From Trichoplax adhaerens (taxonomy: Eukaryota; Animalia; Placozoa): a stretch of DNA of 64,000 bases. The position numbers were made by a program, and so were the translations under genes. The stretch is taken from assembly GCF_000150275.1 (NCBI RefSeq), contig NW_002060943.1, positions 3,065,264-3,129,263 on the forward strand. Reading direction: 5' to 3'. The notes beneath the pieces are model-generated. The model did no database searches. It saw only the letters and a list, made by a program, of their open reading frames with translations, and was not told the DNA's origin. Shown here in pieces: positions 54,992 to 64,000 of the stretch; the stretch's first letter is position 1, and each line of letters starts with the position of its first letter.

Positions 54992-56019
54992 TAAGCAAAC
55001 ACATTTTGTATTCTAAATCTATAAAAATTAGTGCTGTATTATTCTTTTACTGAAATGGCTCAATTGTATCCTTTTAATGCCGTAGTAGTGTAATACAAGT
55101 GTAAACGATTTATACAATGCATATTAAATATGTTGCACCTTAGAATAGTATGTAATCGTACAAATCTATCTTCTTTCCTGGATGTATAGTATGTGTAAGC
55201 TGAAAGATTCTAACTGTGTTATTAAATATCGTTCATGTTTCCGATTAAACCCAACTGAACAAATTATGCCCGATGCGACCATGGAAGCTAGCTAGCTAAC
55301 ATCTTGCCATATTTATTACTTTTTTGATATGGCATTGCGATTATGATTCAATCGTCATAAATCCTTTACCGTACCTATCAATTCTTAAGTACCCGTTACT
55401 AAGGTTTGAATTCAAAATTGTTTATAAAATAATGAAAATTATACAGACTAAATCAATTCTATGTTGCGACGATTTATCTCATGTAATACTATTTCTAGGC
55501 AATGTCTTATCGACCACGCTTACTAATCGATATATGAATGAATCTGCTATTTATCTCTGTATGTGGATAGTAATTTTTGATAATAGAAATTGCGTTATGG
55601 TTTTAAGATTTAAATTACTCTGCGTAAAGCAAAATGTTGTAAGGAACTGCTTGCGTAATAAAATTTTTATTGCTATTATCATGATACAAAATTGCCCTTT
55701 AAAGGAACGCTCATTACGAACTAGTTACTATCGCAATGAAAACGTTTTATAACTGAAACAGCACAATAAAATATCTGGCTAGACCAGAAGCGCAATATTA
55801 CTCGTAGTCTTTTGTTTTATGCAACGAAACGAAATAGTGAATAAAATAATCCTTATACAGTACAATAAATTTCCAATAAACGATAAATTTTTCGATACCA
55901 TATTAACAGCGACTGTACATCGAAAATCTTCAATATGAGAAGTCCAACTTACGGTGGTATATGTTTGCTAATGTAATATTTTTAAATAATGACAACAGAG
56001 TCTAGTTAGGCAAAGCAAA

Positions 56020-58757
56020 TTAGCTTAACTTTTCTCTTAGTTTTTTCTTGTAAATCGCAGGCAATATTGCCAGCAAAGCAAATACAATCAAAATTATGAC
56101 AGAAGTAGGTGAAATGGCGTCGCGAGTAGTCGTCAGTTGATGGAGTGTAGTACCCGCTCGGATCCACATAGCGCATAATGGCGAGACACCTACAAAAACA
56201 TTAAGGGACGATATCAGAAATAAATTGGATGCTATTGAGCTGAGCAAGTTTTGCTAGAATCCCAAACCGCTATTTCAACGTCTAAATATTAACAATCCAG
56301 TCAATATACTGATACCGATTAAGGTGCCAAAAAAGAAGGGAGAAAGTGGTACCCCAACAATCGGAGAAGCTACATTTATGAACCAGTTAGGGATAAAAGG
56401 AGTAGCTCTAAGGAATGCAATATAATTAAACAGGTGTTCTCGATGTTGCTGTACCTGAGTAACAAAAAAAATGATACTTTTAATATACTATACACAGTAT
56501 TGTAACAATACTGTCTGTGACATGATATCAACATGATCCATGCAGCAGCCATTAAACTAACAGTTAAAGTAGCCAAGTCTGTAATTTTAAATCATAATTT
56601 TCGAGTTATCAAAAACTAATACTTTAGCATGAATCACCTGCGTATTCCAACTATTTATACGTTCAGGAAAATAACGAGTTAACAACTTTTTACCATAAGC
56701 ATCGGATAGCAAGTAGCTAAATGTAGCACCAAAAGCCGAACACTATCACAATACATTACAACAATTAGTGTATAATATAATAACAGAATGAATCTATTAA
56801 TGATAAAATTGATGCTAGCGCTATTAGAAATTAAGAATAATTGTTGAATGATAGTATAAAATATATTACAATACTTTGTGTTGAACGATAATAGCAATAA
56901 TAACAGTTTGGTAAATTACCGTGCAAACTATAGCGAGAGCCAATGGAAACGAATATAGAAAACCGGAAAGAATTACAAGAAATATTGTCCCTGGAATTGT
57001 AAAAGCTTGTAGGCTGGCAGATAATTAAAGAAATAAGGCAAACATTCGGACTGTATGCAGAGAAATCCGTACAATTGATAAGAGTGATAAATAAATGTAG
57101 AATTAAACGGTATCAATATTGGCAATATTAACGAAAGCGCTTTACTACTGGTAAAAGGAGTTGTCCATAGTTTGGATATTTTCATAGCTACTATCGTTCA
57201 TCAAAAAGCTGAGACACTGCCTTAATGTCAATATTCCAATAATTATATAAATAATGTATCAAAATAAGAAAGTTAATACAGTAGTCCTAGATCCGTCAAG
57301 AATCTTCCTTTAAAGTACGGTCATACAATTCTTAAGTAAATTATGGATAAAACTAATTACTCGCAAGACGTATTATCATTGATCAATGCAAGCTCAACAT
57401 TTGAATAAGGTAGTAGTTAATCTAGACTATTTTTTGTCTCTATTCCAGGTCTCTTTACCTAGTGTAAACTATTATTCCGGCTTTACTAATTCTACAATTG
57501 ACGTCATAGAACCTTTGGATGAATTTAATTCACTACCGATTGAGCTTATTAGAATCATTATTAAACTAGAACCTTTTGATTGATTTTATGGTAAATCTAT
57601 ACTGTAATAAAACTTACAAATCAATGCCACCAAACTTTACAACTGCAAAATAAGTAAATTAGCAGTAAAAGTGCATTTACTATTTGGCATCATTGGCAGA
57701 CATCTATGTGCTATAATTAACAAATAATTTGCTACTTTAAGACTACACTACGTGTATACCGAATATCAATATTTTGTTTCATCATCTAAGTCTTAACTAT
57801 ATCTGAATATCCTAACAAAGAAATTTCACCATAATGTCATGATTTAAAAATTAAACCGATATCGATGACAAAGGATACACTAGAAATATACCGCAAAACA
57901 TGATGATCAAATGATAAAAATATTGGTGGTTATACTTTTCCAACAATAAAGCAAGCTGCTTTGTGTCATTAAGGTTTTTGGGTAGTTTTAGCTGCATTGC
58001 ATCTTCCCTATAATATACAAAAGATATTACAACAGCTTGATTATGATGATGGATTTTGTAGAATAGCAATAGAGTAACCCTTCCAATCTGGGACATTAAC
58101 AACATAACAAAGCTGCATGTTACAATAACACATTAAATCTGAAATTCATAGCCGTATTCTGGATGAGAATAATATCATCGTATCAACTGATTGCAGTCAT
58201 AGTTATATATCATTAGTTCAGTAAGCTTGCAACTACAGCAAATTAGCTCTGCCTTTATCCACGTTAATTACAATCTAATCAAGCATAGTGTTGAAAGGCA
58301 GCATTATCGCCTGATTAATTGCCAGTATATCATTGATACTAAGAAAGATTTTATTGATGATGATGATCTCTACAGTACCTTTCGATCATGCAAGCTACCT
58401 ACTACTCCCCATCACTACTATCCTAATCCATTGATCAACCACATCTGGATCGATAGCACTCTCTTTCCTCATTCACTATACTGTAGGTATGTATGCAATA
58501 GAAATTATTGACTATTAGCAACTATTGGAAATAGGCATCGAGCATACATTCGAGGCTATTTTGATACTACCATTGCATACTATTTTATTATTACTCTATA
58601 TCTATGCTAACCACTGATGTTTTCATTCCATTATTTCTATGCATGGATCTAGTACTTACTCTTTTAACGTAGGAAATGTCAAGTAGAGTATTCGCATCAC
58701 AATAGCAATGATTGCAAAGGTTGTGATGAGTAATCCAATGTAGAAGTAAGTCCGCAT
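56020..58757 (-). CDS. TMEM41B: TMEM41B / Stasimon (VTT/DedA-family ER scramblase), multi-exon; start uncertain
   Basis: LKLPKNLNDTKQL, LQAFTIPGTIFLVILSGFLYSFPLAL, LFNYIAFLRATPFIPNWFINVASP and GTTLHQLTT...LAILPAIYKKKL. Confidence 0.93.
57014..57878 (-). other. U12-type (minor spliceosome) GT-AG intron of TMEM41B
   Basis: 5' splice site GTATCCTTT (57878-57870). Branch-point-like TTCTTTAAT ~10 nt upstream of the CAG acceptor. Splicing restores the frame (FLV|LQAF). Confidence 0.88.
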
Positions 58758-60580
58758 AGGCTCGTCGTCATTTCGTCCTTTACATTGAAAGATTGTTGGA
58801 TTTTAACAAGTATAGATACAGTATGTTGTTGAAATAAATACGTCAATAAACATTGTTATTGCTGTTCCGTTTGCAATCATGATTCTTCAATTGTTACTAT
58901 TACGCTTATGATTAATTATATTATTTATACAGTACTAACGATCTAGTAAGTAGAAGAATTTGATCATTGTGACTATGATAAAGCTAAAGAGAAAAATTCT
59001 TTGATTTAACTGGTCGTGTCAAGTAAGATTAACCACATTATACAGATCGAAGTGATTGCAACGATGATGACTGCATTACAGCCAGAAGAGTTTGGTCATG
59101 GCGACTATGACCAAAGCTAAAGATAAAAATGTCTTGATCCGATTGAACGTATAAAACAGGACATACACACACTATTAATTAATCGTTGGACACCATGGAA
59201 TAGATAGTAAAAGGGTAAACTGATGCAATACAAGCCAATACACTGTCTTCATGCATTGCTTATCCATTTGTCAGTGCGTGAATGCATTCGTCAGCTCTAT
59301 CCATGACAGCGTCTTGCCAAGGGTCCAGTTTATAAGTCTTATTATTAGTCTCCAACTGCGCGCTTCTTTAAAGTTACCTATACAAGTGCATACATATCCT
59401 ATTGAGCCATATCACTGGTGATCAAGATTATTTGGGCACGTATTGACTATTTGCCTTGATCGTTGTTGTACAGGATGAATGGAGCAAGTTGTTTACATCG
59501 TTGCGACTGATAGGGTGGATTTACTTTATTTTTGATAGGCTACAATTCTGGCGAGGTACTACGATTGTAGTGTTTGATGATCATTTTACTAAGGATTGCA
59601 TTATTAACCGGTGAGAATACTTTATATATATATACACTAGTGCTGTGACTAGGACTGATTGATGATTCATCAACCTCTATCCTTATGCAACAAGAAAACT
59701 AGTGCATATGGATACTGTATCTTCGACATCGTTATGCCATGGTCCGTGTTGAATCGTTTGGATGGATCGATGTCTTTTCTACTGGCTACAATCGATGGTA
59801 ATGGCACTTTTAGCCAAGACTGTCTTATTCAATACTGTTGCATAGAGATTCAATTCATCGTAATCATCATGAACATAATTACAATTTATGGACAGGATCA
59901 ATGGCACCATGATCCATGCATGCATTTTACCTTTCGTGCTCGTTGGAGGACTTCGCTTGATCGGTGATCGCGCTTCCAATTTGGAAACATCAACCCAACT
60001 TGCATTAGACATGACAGACAGTTGTTCTACTACAATCGCTACCTGATTTGGCTGTTGGTGGCCCACTTGGGACGGAATAAAATGCCAATTAGCCACTGCA
60101 AATTGATCACCCACAGGCAGCAGCTGCAAGCCAACGTAATCGGAGGCGATGGCCAAGCAAATGATTGATGAAGAGAATACTTGCAGTTAGATCGCCATTC
60201 CTGTCGTCTTGCTGAGTCGATTTCACTGCGAATCATACTCCTGAATGAGATAGTGAGTGTAGTATGCATTCAAGAGACTACCATAATGCAATTAGTATGG
60301 AAATGAAAACATGTATGGAACACTACCCTATTTGTAATCTTGACTGGCATATGATCAGTTTCCATCATGACACTTTCTACGAATTACAATATACTACTCA
60401 GTATATAATATCGACTCCTATTAGGGTTACAACATAGAGGGAACATCTCTTCTTCTCCTTCGTCTACAGTATCCTATCCCAAACCATAGCAAGCATCGCT
60501 GGCTTACCATTTCATCAGGATCTTCTACAAGAAGCCTCCATTAACTTGCCCAACAACATCCACTGCAAAGACGCCAAAAA

Positions 60581-62367
60581 ATGGCCTACAGAAGCAAAAT
60601 GTTATCCTTGATCTACTGTAGAACTCTATCGCATGGTAGATTAGCAAAGCCATGCATCAATGGTCGATTTTTATCACAGCAAGTGGATGATGATCATCAT
60701 CATCATTGGCCAGAACTGACTTACCCTCGACGTGTAGACGAAGAGGTTAGCAAACGGAAAGCAAGACTTTTATACCAAAGCAGGTAAAGCTAATGAAATT
60801 TTGCATCTATCCTTCTTTACATACTTGATATGGCTGCCTATGCCTCGATCGGTTATGATAATTCAATAGTTACCACTGTAAAGCAAAGCAATCCATGCAC
60901 ATTCTAGCCTAGATTCAATCTTGTTATGCAATAATAACAAGACAACGCGATCTGTTTTATGCATGCACTCTTAGCAATTCTTGATGTAAAAATACTGCGT
61001 ATAGATTCAATGTTGTTGTTTAATAATAACAAGACAACGCTCTCTGTTTTATCCATGCACTCTTGGCAATCCTTGATGTAAAAATACTGTATTACTTGCA
61101 CAATTGCACACTCTAGTCTAGATTCAATGTTGTTGTGTAATAATAACAAGACAACGCTCTCTGTTTTATGCATGCACTCTTGGCAATTCTTGATGTAAAA
61201 ATACTGTATTCAATCTTATTATGCAATAATAACAAGACCGTTAACGCTCTCTGTTTTATGCATGCACTCTTAGCAATTCTTGATGTAAAAATACTGTATT
61301 ACTTGCACAATTGCACACTCTAGTCTAGATTCAATGTTGTTGTGCAATAATAACAAGGCAACGCTCTCTGTTTTATCCATGCGCTCTTGGCAATCCTTGA
61401 GGAAAAAATACTGTATTACTTGCACGTTAGGACGATTCAGATTTTGAACTTTAGCATGCACAAAATTATGGAAAGTCATGGGGATAGACGCCTATGATCT
61501 GAAAGTGTCTGAACTCGACTCGGTACATGCTGAATTGGCCTGATACACATTCTAAGCTAGACTCAATGTCGTTGTGCAATAATAATATAAAGCACATCAA
61601 CAGCTAGTTCTACATACTTGCTTACGAATGGATAGGTCATGTAATGCTAGATTCAAGACATATTATAGTACGATCCTTCCTGCAAACAGACTTGCAGGAA
61701 TCAATTGTACAACATCAGGGACTACTACCGGCTAATTTTATACTTTCTCCCCAGGCTGAAAATACCCAAGGTAAAAATAGGGGGTAGATTACGAAAACAA
61801 GTGCAAAAATGAGCTGGTAGTAATCCCTGACAACATTCAGTACCTCAATGCACTGTAGTAGATCCCGTAGCATTATGGTAGTGTGCAAGGAAGCATCGAT
61901 ATACTACAGCTTAAATCAATCAAATACTCAATGTTCTCATTGGATGCTTGCAGAAAACGTGGAATTAAAGAAAATGACTTACTCCTAAGGTAAATCACTG
62001 ATCGTGACAATATCTTAAAAAACATAATGTTTAAATTACTTAGCAATCAATCGACTCCATAGAAATTAACCTATAATAAACTGCAGTAATAATAGCAAGG
62101 ATCTAATAAAACTACTAATCCGCCTTTCTTGCTCTTCGGTAAATTTATAGCAACTTTGCCCATCATTTTCTACATAAAATGGACAACCAACAGCTGGACC
62201 AGTATGACAGACTCCTTAATGAATCTAGCAATGAATGGGAACTTTATTACTGGATCATAGGAACGAAATCGGTACCTACTGAATTTGATAATGAAATCAT
62301 GGCTATGCTTCAAAAGTACGCTTCCAATAAGGACAGAGAAACAAGATTCCATCAGCCACCTCTATAA
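60581..62367 (+). CDS. SDHAF2: Succinate dehydrogenase assembly factor 2 (SDH5), 3 exons (60581-60784, 61954-61989, 62151-62367)
   Basis: Mitochondrial-targeting-like N-terminus, then KRKARLLYQSR|KRGIKENDLLL|SNFAHHFL...QLDQYDRLLNESSNEWELYYW. Confidence 0.95.
60893..61426. repeat. Modular tandem repeat (~70-115 bp units, ~5 copies) in SDHAF2 intron 1
   Basis: Recurring AGATTCAATGTTGTTG...AATAATAACAAGACAACGCTCTCTGTTTTAT...CTTGATGTAAAAATACTG. The ORFs at 60904-61173 and 61270-61479 are translations of the repeat. Confidence 0.9.
61716..61829. mobile_element. 114-bp MITE (non-autonomous TIR transposon, P/hAT-like CAGGG termini) with 7-bp TSD ACAACAT
   Basis: Left TIR CAGGGACTACTACCGGCTAATTTT matches the reverse complement of the right end, CAGGGATTACTACCAGCTCATTTT. 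ACAACAT flanks both sides (61709-61715, 61830-61836). Confidence 0.85.
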
Positions 62368-64000
62368 TCATAATTAATGTTACAATATCCAAATGATCTT
62401 TCCTTATGGATAGTATGTTGCGTCTCTATAGCATGCTTGCTATCGGATAATAATTGTAGTTTTAAGTATTACTCCAATTAGTGACGTTGCATTTGTGCTC
62501 TGATTAACCAACGTTACAATAGTTCTACAATTTTTTGTGTTACATATAATCCTATCTATTAAGTAGCAGAGCTCGATAGAAAGGCTTCCATTACATCTCG
62601 TAACTTCTCCGTCGATTACGGTGCTTTATTTATTCGACATACCTTTCATGTATGTAGCATTTGTTCATAACCGATGAATCGAATTGTACTATAGATTACC
62701 AAAACGTCATATCCATGTTTTTAACGCATTAAATGAATATTATATGATCTTGTGCAAGAGTGATATTTATGTATTAGGCTTTGATTTCACCACACTGTGG
62801 AATGATTAAAGGCGTCGTAGATTTGGACAATCTGCTTCTACTACTGCATTTATGTAGCTTTCGTACTTTTACTATACGCAGTAATTGTCAGTCAGTGACC
62901 AACCAAAAATATTTCTCTAGTTCCTACAGCGGTCGTAAGATTGCTAAATATCTTTCTAAGCTAATCGACTACCTTGAACGAACCTACGCACAGGTGTCAA
63001 TTTTAAAGTAAAATACCTACATCAAGAATTCAACATTATGGAAATGTAAGAAAATCAACTTGTTATCAATATACTTCGTATCATTATGTTATGCTATTTT
63101 TATGAAAAGTAATTGAATAGTTGAAAAATTAATTCTTTATATTAAGCAGCGAACGTCCTTGATCAGGATTTATCACTAATGATGCTTTACGTACGTGGCA
63201 TAAAATTAAAAGTCATACATAAGATAACTACTTTTAATATTACAGTTTAATATTTTCAGGGTTTTTTATAGCGTTGACTTGTTCGAAATAAATGTTCACA
63301 TCCCTAGAGCTCGGCCAAATAAGATAGTTCAATGTTATAAACTAGACAAGCAAATATACCTATATGGGCTTTTAGATTGCTAGAAGCTCGCTCTTGTGAT
63401 CGATTATGATCAGACCAATAGGAAATTGTAACCAAGTTGATATGCAAAGAATTTATTTCATAACTAAATTTGTGTACTTGTAATACTGTAATGAAGTCTT
63501 TGACCTTCGACTTTTCGTCTAGTAGATCATGTCACTTACAAAAGTACAGGCTATATTGCAATGATAATCTCCAAGATTTGATAATAGATTCCATGACTAA
63601 CTTAAAGATTTCACTTAGCATCATGTATGGTACCAAAATTTTGCTGGTTTTGATTAGTACTATGATCTGTAGCATAATGATAAAACATTTAAAATTCTGG
63701 CGTATGATGCTAGCACAACACATGATATGAGCAGCATCCAGATCCACTCAGTTGATTTGAAAAAATTCACCCTTTCAATTCTGTATAATTGCGGATTGAT
63801 TTATAAGCATTTTAAAGGGCCGTAATAAAATAGGAAAAAGACAGGTGATAATATTGCTATGCAATTAAATTTCGAATTTAAACATCATAGCACTTGTAAG
63901 CGTATATCGACTATCACCATTGCATTAATCCGTTGAATGCAATTTACTTAGCACGCATAATTCGGCTTCAAATTAGCTACTTATCCTAGCAATGACCGGG

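Noticed and set aside
55324-55752. 142-aa ORF downstream of GNPTAB
   Set aside because: Non-ATG start, AT-rich 3' UTR-like composition, no motif.
58959-59140. Two-copy ~45-bp direct repeat (GACTATGA…AAAGCTAAAGA)
   Set aside because: Only two diverged copies; most simply a local duplication.
59659-60269. Overlapping ORFs between TMEM41B and SDHAF2
   Set aside because: Slightly GC-richer but no recognisable protein or clear splice structure; could be a decayed element.
60904-61479. ORFs with repeated DKTESVVLLLLHNNIES
   Set aside because: Antisense translations of the intronic tandem repeat with frame-breaking unit lengths.

Overview
AT-rich, intron-dense eukaryotic (animal) genomic DNA with mostly ~70-150 bp introns. 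Composition, gene density and divergence suggest a basal metazoan, most likely a placozoan (Trichoplax-like); this is inference only. Twelve protein-coding genes were reconstructed by hand, and their strands alternate strictly to give six head-to-head pairs: CHCHD2/10(-) | ANKFY1(+), PHETA/Sesquipedalian(-) | ANAPC7(+), PTRH2(-) | LIAT1-like(+), NAA25(-) | atypical tail-anchored P-loop GTPase(+), INTS5(-) | GNPTAB(+), TMEM41B(-) | SDHAF2(+). Non-coding features include a ~316-400 bp tandem repeat whose hairpin loop is flipped between copies, a 33-bp palindromic minisatellite, a degenerate ~100-bp intronic array, TACTG/CAGTA-rich tracts in divergent promoters, and a 114-bp MITE with a 7-bp TSD. 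Splicing oddities include a U12-type intron in TMEM41B, a GC-AG intron in ANKFY1 and a 20-nt micro-exon in NAA25. I saw no CRISPR array, rRNA or tRNA. The best novelty candidate is the single-coding-exon, Era-like GTPase with degenerate switch motifs and a C-terminal membrane anchor, next to the minisatellite.
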